Assembly (NCBI GenBank): GCA_030324005.1
Contig: JARDVH010000084.1
Location: forward strand, 35,604,348-35,668,347
DNA: 64,000 nt
Source of the DNA: Negaprion brevirostris
Taxonomy: Eukaryota
Direction: 5' to 3'
The number at the start of each line of letters is the position of its first letter. The stretch's first letter is position 1. The translations under genes and the position numbers were made by a program. Of the stretch, positions 25,490 to 39,649 are shown piece by piece. Below the pieces are notes generated by a model. That model did not search any database, was not told the DNA's origin, and saw only the letters and a list, made by a program, of their open reading frames with translations.

Positions 25490-26297
25490 GTGTTGAATTC
25501 GTGTAAAAACTGGGGTTTTTACAGTGGGATTTTCAAAATGAGTCTCCCATACTGTGCATCACAGAGTGCACGAGCATGATTCATGATAAAAACCAGTGGG
25601 TGGAACCTATTCCCACTGCAGGGGCCAGCATTGGAGCACTGAGTGGGCCACTGCACGTACACTGATCTGTCAGCGCCAAGATCGGTGTACACACAGTAGC
25701 CCCACACTGTTGGCCTCCCAATCACTGACCAACTCAATCGCTGACCAGCTCCATGACCCCTGCATCACTGCCTCTCTGATCCCCCAACCGCCCAATCGCT
25801 GACCTCCCAGACATGTCCGGCCAGCACCGACCTGCTCCACCCTCCCCACAGCAGGCTGCCCCGGGGCATTGCCTCTTTGCACACTGTGCAATGTCGGGGG
25901 CCTGGCTGGCACTGTCAAGTTGGCAATGCCCAGGGAGCACCCCCTCCTCACCCTCAACCTCCTGGGGTCCTGCACAGCTGTTCTTCACTCCAGCGGGGAG
26001 CTGTTGTGAACCCAGTTGGAGTGAAACACTCATGGCTGGGGACGAGATGCTAGCAGGCCCAGAGAAATCAGTACCAGGCCTGCTAATCAGATGTAAAGTA
26101 TATGTAAATTCTAATTTAAATAAATTATACAGCTCCGTGCCGATTTCTGGCACAGAGCTGACAGCGCCAGAATTCTGGTGGCTGGAGACTTGTAGAGGCC
26201 GTGGTGCCCAGCGGAGGACCTGCAAAACGGCCTCCGCTTGAGTCTCCCAGCCCACTGCGCTGGTGTTACAGAGCAATGGGCTGGGAGAATCGCCCCC
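25490..26297. mobile_element. GC-rich non-autonomous DNA transposon (MITE-like, probably Harbinger-mobilised)
   Basis: Shared internal sequence and GGGCG(C/A)ATTCTCC-type termini with copies at ~13060-13900, ~45318-47070 and ~60230-61187. Confidence 0.6.
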
Positions 26298-26643
26298 AGA
26301 ATGTTTGTTATGGTGTTTACCTGAAAATATATATAATTTGCTAATGATATCAAAGTCAAGAAGTATGGACATACTCAGTTTTTAGGCACAATGTGTGGGT
26401 GCGCAGAGAAAATGGGCGGTGAGGTTCAAGGTGAACCTTATACTTGACCTTGGAACTCATTATAAGGGANNNNNNNNNNNNNNNNNNNNNNNNNNNNNNN
26501 NNNNNNNNNNNNNNNNNNNNNNNNNNNNNNNNNNNNNNNNNNNNNNNNNNNNNNNNNNNNNNNNNNNNNNNNNNNNNNNNNNNNNNNNNNNNNNNNNNNN
26601 NNNNNNNNNNNNNNNNNNNNNNNNNNNNNNNNNNNNNNNNNNN

Positions 26644-27170
26644 TTTATAGAACCTTAGTGAGGCCGCACTTGGAATATAGTGTTCAATTCTGGTTGCCAC
26701 ACTACCAGAAGGATGTGGAGGCTTTGGAAAGAGTACAGAAAAGATTTACCAGGATATTTCTTGGTACAGAGGGCATTAGCTATGAGGAGAGGTTGGAAAA
26801 ACTTGGTTTGTTCTCGTTGAAATGACGGAGATTGAGGGGAGACCTGATAGTTGTCTACAAGATTGTGAGAGTGGTTAGTCAGAGGCTTTTTCTCAGGATG
26901 GGAGAGTCTGTTACTAGGGGGCACAGGTTTAATGTGTGAGGGGCAAGGCAGATTTTTTACACAGAGTAATGTGTGCCTGGAACTCATTGCCGGGGGAGGT
27001 ACTGGAAGCAGATACAGTAGTGACTTTTAAGGGGTGTCTTGAATAGGTTGGGAATAGAGGGATATGGTCCCCAGAAGGGTAGGGGATTTTAGTTAAGTCA
27101 GGCAGCATGGTCAGTGCAGGCTTGGACGACCGAAGGGCCTGTTCCTGTGCTGTAATTTTCTTTGTTTTTT
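26644..27170 (+). mobile_element. CR1-type LINE 3' end
   Basis: LYRTLVRPHLEYSVQFWLPHY; tail ..GGGCCTGTTCCTGTGCTGTAATTTTCTTTG, with the same tail inverted at ~14300-14980. Confidence 0.85.
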
Positions 27171-28049
27171 TTTCAGTTGGAGTTGGATGTAATTAAAAAC
27201 TGTTGATTTACACACTACACCAATTAGGCTGTTGAAAAGTGTGCAATCACTGATACATTTGACAAATTGACATTCAAGCTGCTGTAAGCTTAGCTGACTT
27301 ACCGGGGAAAATTTTCCTAAATTCCAGGTTGCTCACAGCTGAGACCAAAAGTGGGTCCCAAGGCCAGCAGATAGACGACAAGATCAGGGGTAGGAAATTA
27401 CCGCAATCAGGCCGATCAAGACATTGCCACCTTGGAGATACTGGTCCAATCAGAAGACAGACAGTTTGATAGCCTTTTAAGTGCTACGTATCAAGATGGT
27501 TGCTGCTGAGACTGCAGGAAGAAGGAGTATCTCCATGTTAAGCAGTCCTCCAATTCCAGATTAGTAGGTAGGCAAACCCAGCAACAGAAGGGAGAAAGTG
27601 TCAGCATTGGTGTCAGAGCCATGGGTTTGACCATTGTTTTTGAGGGCCACTCCAAGAACTTCTCCATGGGTCCACTCCTGGAAACCATTGAGATGCCATC
27701 AAGTGGCAGCAGCCTTTCTCAAAGTCAATAAAATGCCAGCAGGCGCTGTAAGTGGCTGTCAATTGACCACTTAAAAGATTTAATTGGCCACCTGCCTGCC
27801 AGCTGGACACCACAATGGCCACACTGGGATTATCTTGCGGCAGCGGGAAGACATTGGGCTGACACTGAAAACACTCTCCCTGACATCCTTTACCTCCATT
27901 TTACGAGCTTGACTTCCTCACAGCTCATCTCTCGAAAACTGGTAAAATCCACCCACTGATTCTGGCATCCGAACTAAGCAAAAACCAATTGTGCACTGTG
28001 GCACAAAAATAAGTTGTATTTATTGCATAGTTTAAATTATATGTCAAAT

Positions 28050-29632
28050 TCTTTTACTGCCGCTCAAACCTCACTGTTGTCATTTGTAAATATTCTGTTT
28101 GATTATCATATATTATACACTTCTCATCATTGTTCATCAGCTGTAGGTTCAACACAACCCCAACAATGTACTGCTGTGATTCTTGCATAATTTATCAACA
28201 GAAACCACAACTTTTTACCTCCATACACCTCCCTCAGCCCAGCTACATAGAGTACTTTTGTTTAATCCTGTGCCATGTAACTTGGGTTGTCAGAACTAGT
28301 TCGCTGGCTATTACTATTTGAACAGTGCAAACAACATCTCTTAAGATGCACTTTTTCTCTGTCTCACACACAGACACACTAAATCCACCCAAATCTCTGG
28401 CACCGCCTCTCTTCACAGGTGCTGCCAGACCTGCTGGTTTATCCAGCATTTTCTGTTTTTATTTCAGATTTCCAGAATTTGCAGTATTTTGCTTTTATTA
28501 TTAAAGCAAATGTAACATACACATTTCCTTAAGGTATCTTGAACACTTTGCATTGGGACGTTTTTTAATGTGATGACGACTTTTCATATGCAGTTTGAGA
28601 TGTAGTAAGCAATGCTAAATGCAAAACGTTGTATTCCTAGATATTTGAAATTCAGAAAACTAATAAAATCATTTTCCATGTGGCCAAGATTCTAATAGTC
28701 CTATCATATTGAAGTTTTGCACTGATGTAATGCAATTTTTATGTCATTGTTAAAAAACCTGCACATAATTAGCAAATTAATTTGCTTTTCTGATGATGCA
28801 GCACATTGTGGCAATGTAACTGAAAAGTAAATCTGAAAACTTTATATGACACAATGTCCTGCCTTTGAACTTCCTGTTTCTTCTTAACATCAAATGTTCA
28901 CTAGCATTATAACTGAACTAGTATTTGGACACCAACAAGTGAAATGTCACATGTGTGCATATATACATATGCAGGAACCCTTCTTTGCCAGTTCAGAGAG
29001 CATGCAAGGCTAGTGTGACAGTTCCTGTCATTCTAAAACTGATGCCTTTGTTGAATCAGCAGTACAACAGCACAATAAAAATATTTATCCATTACATTTT
29101 ATATTTTGGTATTGAACAATGGGTTCACAGTTTCTCTGACAATACACTCCAGTATATTTAACAGACAGTACTGAACCGCAGTGATGGTTCATCTTATCTT
29201 CCAATCAACATGTTCATTCCTGCACTGAGGCAACAGCAGCAAGGTGTCATTTGTCAACACCTGTTTCCAGTTCTTTTCAAACAGGGACCTGTTTCATAGT
29301 TGACTGCAGTTGGCATAAAATGCAGCTCCCACAAAGGTCACAGGCGCTTGCATTTGCTAACCATTATTCTCTCCCACATCAAATGCTGTATTGTTTTTGA
29401 AGATATTACTTCTCTTTGTTTTGGAAGTTTCAATCTACAATAAGTACTTCAAAGCAAATCAGTACATAGCATACAATTCTCTGGATACTGCCATTCCTTC
29501 TTCATTCAAGGTGTGTCTGCAATGCAAGACTGTGCCCGAGGAATGGCCAGCAAACCACAATCTGGCGTGCCCCTCACATATGGACATAATTAATGTCTTG
29601 CTGACCTCTCAGCGATTGTGGCCTCCAGTATT
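28050..29632 (-). pseudogene. Pseudogene exon(s); 3' boundary uncertain
   Basis: Acceptor TGTATTTAG|A (phase 2, completes AGA) ILEATIAERSARH*LCPYVRGTPDCGLLAIP...; later VTFVGAAFYANCSQL*NRSLFEKNWKQVLTNDTLLLLPQC. Confidence 0.5.
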
Positions 29633-30932
29633 CTAAATACACCACAAACTATGAACATTGACAACTTTTATTGTGATATGTGTAGTTAGCATGTCATATT
29701 AAATGTGTAAACTTGTAAATAAAACAACTGTGCACCTTTTTTGGTTGACTTAACTAAGAAATTTAAACATGCTTACTTTTCTCAAATATAGATCAAGAAG
29801 TGTCTGAAAAGCAACCAAATCAAATGCTGTAATTTGTACCAGTCTACTTTTGCAAAACGCCAACTGAGAAATGTTTTTCATAGTAAAATCCTAATATTTA
29901 TGGAATGAATGAATGTGTAAACTGTTCATTTCAATAACAGGATTTCTGGTATGCAAAGTAACAGACTCCCTGTGAAATAAAAAAATACCAAAAATAATGA
30001 ATAGGAAAAAAAAGCTGGTCGTGTGAGCTTGCATTTAATAGCATGGGGCTGGATTTTATGGCCCTCTGAGGCTATGTTTTTGGCAGAAGGGCACATAAAA
30101 TGTGAGAGGTGCTCAGTGCACCACTTTCCCATCCACCCCTGAACTGTACTCCCAAAATATGTTAGGTGGCTGGGTGCCAAAATCAGTCTCTCTGTCATAT
30201 TCAAATAAAGATTTAAAAGTCAGTTGTGCTGATTACCAACCAGTTAACTGGGGTATTATGCAGCCTGTGCCACAATACAGTCTGCATGGGCAAGTGGACA
30301 GTAGTTAGGAGGCCATTTTTTAAGGCCAAATTGAAAAAAAGGCAAGGCAAGAGGGTTGCATCATTTGGTGGTTCCTTGGGAACATGTCAACCCTCCCCCT
30401 TTCGTTCCTCATAGCCAGTCCTGCATAATCCAGTCCTGCATAATCCAGCCCCACACCGCTCTCTCCTACCCTGGACTCTTGGAACCTTCCCCATCCTAAA
30501 ACCCCAGGGCCTTTCCTGACTCTGAGCAATCATTGCATTTCTTCCTGCTTCTCCTTGTAGTCCCAACAATGACCACTTCTGAACTCTTGTGTTGCTGGGA
30601 CTGCCAGAGCTACCAGTAAATTTGACTGGATGGAAACTGCCATGGTGAGACTTCCTCTTGCCAGGAGTCGGAAATTCCACTCTTTCTTAATTTAGCTCTT
30701 TTGCAGTGCTCTGTATCTGTGCAGTGGGCTTCTTCCAGGTGTGTCAGGTGCCAGTTGACTTTCCATGTAGCCAAGTCCCTCCTCTAAAATCTAGCTCATT
30801 TTTCCAAACACTTCTCCACCCATTGTTTTGGGTTTAAAGACTGCAGAGCTTCATTAGTGTCTTTTAATTGATAGCATCTTACAGAGATAGCCTCATGGCA
30901 GAAGTCACCTGATTATAGAAAGTCAACCAGGC

Positions 30933-32770
30933 CATGTAGAACTGCTTATATTTCAAACCCAAACATCCTCCTTTTCATAATGAACAAAGATACAAACACC
31001 CCCTTTTTCTTTGTGGAGAAAAGACAAATTTGCATACACAATCATGCATAACTGAGTTAAGTACTATACACCTACTGGTCTCATGCATTAACAAATATTT
31101 ATTCTACTGTTCAGTCTCTGCACCTGCATTGCGTGTAATCTTTATATCTTGCAGGTCTCCTAATGGTACATAGTCACATTGACATTGGCTATTCATCCGG
31201 GTCATATTTCTTGTTGTTCCTGTGGCATACGTTGCCAAAGTAACTTGTTGTTCCATTGCAGTTGGTAGGTACATTTGGACCTCTGGTATTGATGGCTGTT
31301 CTGTACAGCTGGTGAGATCTCTTTACCCTGACTAGCTGATTTCCTTGAAGGAATAGCTCAACCAGGCGAGCATATATGCCTGCAGTTGCTCCAAAATGTC
31401 TGGTCATTAACTTCTAAACCATACAGTTGAGCTGACAATTTCCCTATACGTGCCCCAAATTTCCATGTGTGCAGACTCCTGTTGAGAGCTTTGAAGGTTT
31501 GTATCCTGACTGGCTCTCCAATGCTCAGCTCTGGTAAAGCTCTGTCCCACTAGTGTCACACTGCAAGGTGTTTTCATCATTGATGTCATAATACTTCAGC
31601 ACTGGCATTGTCATCATGAGTTGTTTGATTTTACTTGTTCTGTTCCCCACATCACTGCATCTCCTTGGCAGTCAGCTTGTGTAATGGGCCACACTCTGAT
31701 GACAAATTAGACAAAATGGTTTGCTAAGTAGTTAACGAATCCAACAAAGTATTTATTGCACTGCTTTGATGTCTTTTGATCACTNNNNNNNNNNNNNNNN
31801 NNNNNNNNNNNNNNNNNNNNNNNNNNNNNNNNNNNNNNNNNNNNNNNNNNNNNNNNNNNNNNNNNNNNNNNNNNNNNNNNNNNNTTGCACTGCTTTGATG
31901 TCTTTTGATCACTGCATTGCTGCTACAGCTCTCACATTTTCAGGATCCAGGCAAAGACCTTGTATTGTCAGTACATGATCTACGTACTTGGCTTCAGGCA
32001 TCTTCAGTTGCAATTTTTTCTTGTTCAGCTTTCCGTTTATCTGGCGAGCTCTTTCCAGCATTAGTGTTAAATTCTGATTGTGATCAACAAGAGCTTGTTC
32101 TATTATGTCTCCACATCTGTAGACTAGTGAATCATCCACTATGGCTTCCAATGTGGAAAGATCACTGACTATCTCATGTTGTTTGCATTGATACTCTTCT
32201 GGGGCTGTGGGAGCGTCAAATGGCACTCATAATCATCTGTATCTCCTGAACAATGTCCAAAATGTCATTAGCTAACTGCTGCTTTCATGCAGATTCACTT
32301 GCCAGTAACCATCCTTTGCGTCCAGGAGAGTAAATTCTGGCAAGTTGTGGCAAAATTCCTTTGATGGTTGGCATAGGGAAGTGAGATCACCTCAGCTTTG
32401 TTTGGATCATTTGGGTCTCAGCAAACTCGCAGCTTTCCAGCTTGTTAGACTGGTGCTACACTGTTAATCAATCTGTACTTTCTGATGCTCCCTTTTTTCC
32501 CAGCTCTTCTATCTTGTCTTTTAGGCTCAACTTGAGGGCAGCTGGAACTCTTCTTGGCAGATGCTGAATTGGTCTTACATTCTCATCTACTTCAAAATGA
32601 TATTTTCTGGGTAGACATCCCAAAGCTGTAAATACCCAGTTGTACTCCTCTCGGACCTGTGTAGTGCAGTCATTTAGTGTATTTTGGTACATTGTAAACC
32701 TGTATTGATACATCCAGAGTTACGACAGGACATGCAGAACTGATTATATTTCAAACCCAAACATCCACCA
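30933..32770 (-). mobile_element. Gypsy/Ty3 LTR retrotransposon remnant (pol)
   Basis: RPIQHLPRRVPAALK and PEEYQ..EAIVDDSLVY..GKLNKKK..DPENVRA RT segments; direct repeats at 30933-30968 and 32731-32766; polypurine tract at 30999-31010 next to TG. Confidence 0.85.
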
Positions 32771-33324
32771 GCATCCATCTCATCTCCTGGGAAAAGTAAA
32801 AATACTGATTTTTTTAAAAATTGCCAATTTAGGGAAGAACACATGAAAAATTCTTCATCAATTCTCTATGATGATCAAAATTGATTATTTTAATTACTTC
32901 AATCATATCTGCCTAGTTTCCATTTCTTTCCAAAGCAAATGGACCTAGATTTTTAAGACCATCAATCAAGAGTATGTGTGTGTTTATTATGCTTATGGCC
33001 CTCCTCTGCACCTTTTTCAAAGTTCCTATATCGCTTTATGCCAATCAAGATTTACTCTAGGATAATATGGTGTCTTTTGATCTTGATTCAGTTTCCTAGC
33101 AATACAGCCTAACACTTGAATTGCTTTGGCTATTGCCCTACAGCGATGCTCACAACCAGGAAATTATGTTCATTGAAACAAAAATAATTTTCTTTTTCTA
33201 CACCTTCTCATGTCTGTACCCTGAACACATTGCCTCAACCTGCATACATAACATTCAATTGTATTTGTTGAATACAAGCCTATATTCCCCTTGTGGAAAC
33301 ATCAAATGCAGCAGCTTATTTTCA

Positions 33325-34250
33325 GTAACCTGTGGGGTGCCACAGGGATCAGTGCTGGGACCCCAGCTATTCATAATATATATCAATGATTTGGATGAGG
33401 GAACAAAATGTAACATCTCAAAGTTTGCAGATGATACCAAGTTGGCTGGGAGGTGAACTGTGACAAGGATGCAGAGATCCTTCAGAATGATCTGGACAGG
33501 TTGGGTGAGGGGGCAGATCAATATAATTTGGATAAATGTGAGGTTATTCAATTGGAAGCAAAAACAAGCAGGCAGATTACTATGCACCAGTCACTAAAGG
33601 TAAGCATGCAGGTGCAGCAGGCAGCAAAGAAGGCAAATGGTATATTGGCCTTCATTGTGAGAGGTTCGAGTACAGGAGCAAGGATATGTTGTTGCATGGT
33701 GAGGTCACATCTAGAGTATTGTGTCCAATTTTGGTCTCCTTTTCTGAGGAAGGATGTTTTTGCTCTCAAGGGAGTGCAGCAAAGGTTTACCAGGCTGAAT
33801 CCTGAGATGGTAGGACTGATGTATGTGGAGAGATTGACTAGGTTAGGATTGTTTTCACTGGAGTTCAGATGAATGAGAGGGGATCTCATAGAGACTGATA
33901 AAATTCTAACAGGACTAGCCAGGATAGATGGAGAGAGGATATTTCTGGGTTCTGGGGGAGTCCAGAACCAAGGATCACAGTCTGAGGATTCAGAGTAGAC
34001 CATTTAGGAGGGAGGTAAGGAGACATTTCTTCACCCAAAGACTGGTGAGCCTGAGGAATTCATTACCACAGGAAATAGTTGATGCCTAAACATTGAATGT
34101 ATGTAAGAAGCAGCTGGATGTAACATTTGAGGTGAATGGGATCAAAAGTTATGGGGAAAAGGCAGGATTAGGCAATTGATGATCAATCATGATTGTAATA
34201 AATGGCACAACAGGCTCAAAGGTACAAATGGTCTACTCCTGCTTCTATGT
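33325..34250 (+). mobile_element. CR1-type LINE RT C-terminus and 3' UTR
   Basis: [30 protein letters not shown]; HLEYCVQFWSP. Confidence 0.92.
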
Positions 34251-35499
34251 TTTATCAATAGTCATCACTTGCACTGAGATTTGTATCGTAGCCATTTTAA
34301 TAACTCTTTCATCAATGTCATCAAACACTAACTAACCTTCAAACAACCTCCAGTCCTATGGTGAGAGTTGCTGAACTTAATAAGAATGCAGAAAATGGAT
34401 GCCTTAACAATTAAGGTGGTTAATTGTTTATTCATGGCCATTGTAGCCACTTAATTAAAACATCGATGACTTGATGGGAAGATTTTTCATGTGGCCAGGT
34501 TTCCTAACCCACCAACCAAAGAGTTAGCAGGGAACACAACTCAGCCGATCCCAGCTGGTCTGGAGCTGTTAAAGCTCAATGGAGCTTAAATTGGTTGGAG
34601 ATGGGACTGTCCCTTACTTAGGAGGAAGTTTTGCTTTTGTCAGTCAATCTGATTCACCAGCAGCTCTGTAGTCCCAGCAGCACCAGGTTTGAGTGATGAC
34701 CACTGCTGGTACGACAGATACTCTCTGAAGAAGAGGACTTAATGGAGGCCAGATATCAGGTAGAGCCCGAGATATTGGTGGTGCCTGGATATATGTTCCA
34801 GCGAGGACGTTGGAGGGCTGGTTTTGAGAGATCAGGATAGAAAGGTAAAAATGGCTTGTGAGGGGAGAGGGCTGCCTCAGTGGGAACAGGGACCCCTAAG
34901 CATATCCCCCATTTGTCCAATACCATCTCACCTGGTAAAAGCTGCCAGGCTACTCATTTGGTGTGGGCCTCCCCAGCATAGACAAAATATTGGTGGATGT
35001 GGATGAAGAACGTAGCCATTAATTAGTCATTTTTAGGGCTCAATAGACCCAAGGATGGGTATGCCACCTCACCTCCATAGGCTCCATAAAATGTGAGGCA
35101 GGTAAGAGGTGGGCAAGTAGCTGGCAGGCAGACCACATGCTACATTTTACAAGCTCAAGCTCTTCTCCATCTTCAAACCCATGGGGCCATAGATTTCTGT
35201 CCAATTACTCAAAAGATGTGTGTGAAATCTTAAAAGTAAAAATTGGCAGTAAAGCATTGTTTACAGGCTAAGTGAGTTTATCCTTGGAAATAGGGATGAT
35301 CCAACAATAAAGAGCATGGTTAGCTTTGAAGCTGACTGCAATCAAATTCGGCTGGGCAGATTAATGACTAATGAGATTTAATGCAGATGAATGAAAGGTT
35401 GTACAATTTCAGAAGAATAAGGAACATATACTAACTGCTATAACTTTAAAAAGTAAAGGAGCAAAAAACATTAGACATTCAGAAACACAAATTTCAGTA

Positions 35500-35775
35500 G
35501 GGCAGCACAGTGACACAGTGGTTAGCACTGGCACCCAGGTTTGATTGTCTGTTTGAATGTCTGTGTGAAGTTTGCATATTCTGCCCAGGTCTGCATGGGT
35601 TTCCTCTAGGTGTTCTGGTTTCCTCCTACAAGATGTATAGGTTAGGTGGATTAACCAGAATAAATGCCTGAGGTTATGGGGTTAGAGTGAAGGTTTGGGA
35701 ATGGTTAAGATTCTCTCTGAGAGTCAGTGCAGACTCGATGGGCCAAGTAACCTCCTTCTGCACTTCAGGGGTTCA
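35500..35775 (+). mobile_element. HE1/V-SINE
   Basis: GGGCAGCACAGTG..GGTTAGCACTG head, V-domain and tail. Confidence 0.8.
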
Positions 35776-36369
35776 GTGGTTTCCCATTGAATTGCGTGGT
35801 GGGCCATGCTCTCTGCCATGATATCTGGGTGCTGCACTTAAAAAGTGTTCAACTTCTTTGTCACGATCCACCGCGGATGAAGCAGATGGGCTGGTGATCG
35901 TGGGGCGCTCCATTCCCCAGATTCAGCACTGCTTCCATCTAATCTCACCCTCCAAGTATAGATCATCTCTGTCCAATACCTCATAGCTATACACTAGCAG
36001 CATGAAAATCTACATCCTGAAAGCTGCTGCAGTGCTATGATTCATGTGGTTGGCGCTTCACCCACCCAGTATTCCACATGGTGTTCCAGGATCTATGGTG
36101 CTTGGAGCCCTCCATTTTTCTGATCACTGTATGCTGCCCCAGATCACTTTCCAGGTAACATGTCCAGACTACATTAATCTGATGTGCTCTGGACTCTCAT
36201 GATCTTCCATTGGCAGTGCTAATAATTCAGGGGAAGACATTTCTGGTTGCGCCTTCATGTACACTCCATTAATGGGATGTAAACTGGCTTCATGTTGGCC
36301 TCTGGCAGCAGGAAAACGATTTTGGCCCCTGCTGTAAAGTTCCATCATCACCTGGCGTGAAACCTGCCA

Positions 36370-38127
36370 CAGCTGAGACTAGAAAATACCAACTAAGATC
36401 TTTGATGTCACCCCAAGAAGCATGGTTGAGTCTTTTCTGGACTTGCAACCTTGACCTTGTGATCACCGTTAAGCCTTCTGTGCATTTCTGAGGTTTTACT
36501 TGCAGTTTGCTGTGACTGAATGGAGCAGAAATTACTGAACATTAATATTGGCTGCAGGACTATTTTGCAGGTCAATTCAGGAATCATTTTCCCTTGCTTG
36601 GAGTGTCCATGTGTCGTTGTTGCTTGTTTAGCTGAATGGTGGGTTGGCCCCTGCACCATGCTTTATTTTTCCCCTTGAAATGTTCTGACTGCCTAACCAC
36701 CTGAATTGCTTTTTCCANNNNNNNNNNNNNNNNNNNNNNNNNNAAATAGGAAAGTACATTGTCCACTACTCCTACCACTATTCTGTCTCTCTGAAGAGTT
36801 CAGATTTTAAGTATTCTGTATTCATAAAATTCTGCCATCTTGCACAGTCAAAAATGAATGAATCCAAAAGATTCTCCTGACTGTTGAACTTGTAAAATTC
36901 AGCCCTTTCAAATATTTTGTGGCTTCTTAGATTGAAATAAATGTCAAATGATTTTAGCACATCTTCAAATTTAGCACATGATTTATTGATCCCTCTTTCT
37001 TGCAATAATGTCATCTGAAGTCTGTCTATCGAGTAAAACAATGTGTTAACCTGGTCTGTTTCTGATATTTTGCCTCAGCCTGAAGTGACACTGTATCTTA
37101 GAAATATTTTCTCCTGAAGTCTCTAATCATGTGATTGATTTGGGAGTGTGGAATTCTGATGCACAGTTACATTTTTAAAGTATAGATTCTGCTTGAAGAG
37201 CTTTCTGAACTTAAAGATGGTGTCAAGTTCACTTGGGGCAAAACAATTTCACATGTTTGCCAGTTTTGGTGGGTTCTGCTACAATGGCGATCGTGCTGAG
37301 TTTGTAGAAGACTTTTCAGCAGTGGTTGCCTAAATCGAATACCTACAGAGTTTCTTGGTTAGCATTTTATTTAAAAATTTCAAATTTGGAATGCTGGTTT
37401 TTGCCTTCTGTCAGCTGAGTTCAAAGACTTGATTCTCCTAGATTATTTATTTTTAAATTTGTTTCAGAGCAAGTATGGATGCCATGTCTTCAGGCAGCGA
37501 CTTGGGAATTGGGTTTGAGCAACAGTTCTTTTCAAACTGTACTCCTAACTGGATTATTTAAAGGTTTCTCAGGACTTGTTATAGCCTAAAATTTTAAAAT
37601 TCAGCTCAGCCCTGCTAGGTGACTGGGATCTGAAACTGGGCTTCCAAAAAAGATTCAATAGAGTTTTCTGCTGCAGTAAGGAATTTAAAATTTTTGCCTC
37701 CATCTTCCAAGCCTTTCTTTTGAGCTTTCTCCTGGTGAATTTTCTTCTGCGCTTCTGATTTTGGAGCTTTCTTTCAGGTAAGATTGCTGAGTTTTTTCTC
37801 AATCTTCTAGCAATTTAATTTCTCTCTGCCTTTTCTGCAAGCTTTTTCCACAAGCTGCCATCATGTTGTGGGTTATTGCTAACAGTTCAGGAGGTCTGAA
37901 AAAGTATTTGTAATCATATGTAGGTTAACTGTAAGTCTTTATTGACTCTAAGAACTGTTTGCAAATATATAGTTAAGGGTACAAGCTAGGAGCTACCATG
38001 TTTGCTGGTACACATGGTTCTGTCCAATAGACTGACCCTGGATGTGGATCATGTGCTTTCTTACATGACTATGGTGGTATTGTACCCAGTCCCACATTAA
38101 CCATATATGTGCGTCTCTTATACTACA
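36370..38127 (-). mobile_element. Gypsy LTR retrotransposon remnant (5' LTR and gag)
   Basis: Gag-like FEDVLKSFDIYF..KIFERAEF..KSELFR; LTR-like TG..CA block at ~37864-38127. Confidence 0.75.
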
Positions 38128-39649
38128 TATTGGTGGACTGGAGACACATATAGGCTAGGTCCCTCCATGCAACTTTCATGAAATCAGTTGGGTTTAAGCA
38201 GCAAGATTTTTCTCTAATGTCAATCCAGTTAGTAAAATCCAATTTCACAGCAAAATAGGGTGGGGTTTATTATTCACAACTTCTGTTTGCTGTCCAATAA
38301 CTTAACCACAAGGTTATATATACATATTAACTTTTTTCCCCTAAGCTTTACTGACAAATGAGGATGGAGAAAATGTTTTTTTAATGGAACTGGAAGGGAA
38401 GGACAAAGGCAGCATTAGTTCTGAAATCAAATGTCACTTAAAATTCATCAACCACACCTGGAATTAATTCATCCATTGAGTGCATCAAAATGACCTTGAT
38501 GGGCTGAATGGCTTCCTCCTCCACTGTAGGAATTCTGTGATTCTATCATTCTACCTGAGGTCCCATGCTCAAAGCTGTAGCCAATTATCTTTCAGTGGCA
38601 CATATTCACAACCACATTTCACTGTCAACTTGGCACTGCTAGGACCAGTTACGGCTACCTTGTACTATCACCACATTCCATCCACTCACAATTCATATCT
38701 GCAGCATTAGTCAGTTTGCTTGCCTCTTGAATCAAAAGGAGACAGGAGCAGAAGAATTACTTTACCATATCTGGTTTCCAAGCATGCAGATAGTTATTGA
38801 TTGCGTTCAAACGGTCATTTGAGTTGATTTGCAATCAAGTGGTTACATTACCAGAAAGTTGAATTGAATTATGGTAATGTACAAATGAAATGTATTTTCA
38901 GTTATTGCAGTTTTTTTATCTTTTTATTCAATTGATTATTCCTTGTATGGTATAATGAAGCACAAATCCCTTGACAATGTCACATTTAATGCACTGTAGA
39001 CCTGAGGACTTGATTTGACTTCGTGCACATAAGAAATTTTAATAACATGTTCAATTATTTGCATGTTTATTTGTATAATACAATGTCTGTACAGTGAGTA
39101 TCATAATGCTACACTGTGCCTGATTTTTGTACTCTATGTAGATATGCTGCTTGGTCTACATTATGTTCTACTCTGAAAGATNNNNNNNNNNNNNNNNNNN
39201 NNNNNNNNNNNNNNNNNNNNNNNNNNNNNNNNNNNNNNNNNNNNNNNNNNNNNNNNNNNNNNNNNNNNNNNNNNNNNNNNNAATGTTGGAGAGTGCATCC
39301 ATGTAAGGGCACTCTTTTTCTCAACGACCTGCAATGGTATTCTGCTGCTGCTTCTTAGCTGGAGATCCTCCTATTGGCCCACCAGCTTTGAGGGCCTGCC
39401 CACTCTCCTTAATTGGAACTCCTGTCCCAGGTTACTGATGGGTTGAATGTTAGGGCAGGCAATTATGTGAACTTTGCAGGCAATCAAATTTGCATTACTA
39501 CCTGACTTCTCACAGGTGCAGCGCATCATCAACTGCACACACATGGCAATCTGGGTGTCCCCAGATCAAACAGGATTATTACTGTGAGGAATTCCACTCC
39601 ACCAATGCAATGCTAATATATACCTATAAAAATATATTTTTACAGGAAT

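Noticed and set aside
25734-26372. 212-aa and 142-aa GC-rich ORFs (and similar ones at 13170-13879)
   Set aside because: They lie in a GC-rich non-autonomous repeat with no recognisable domain; chance ORFs.
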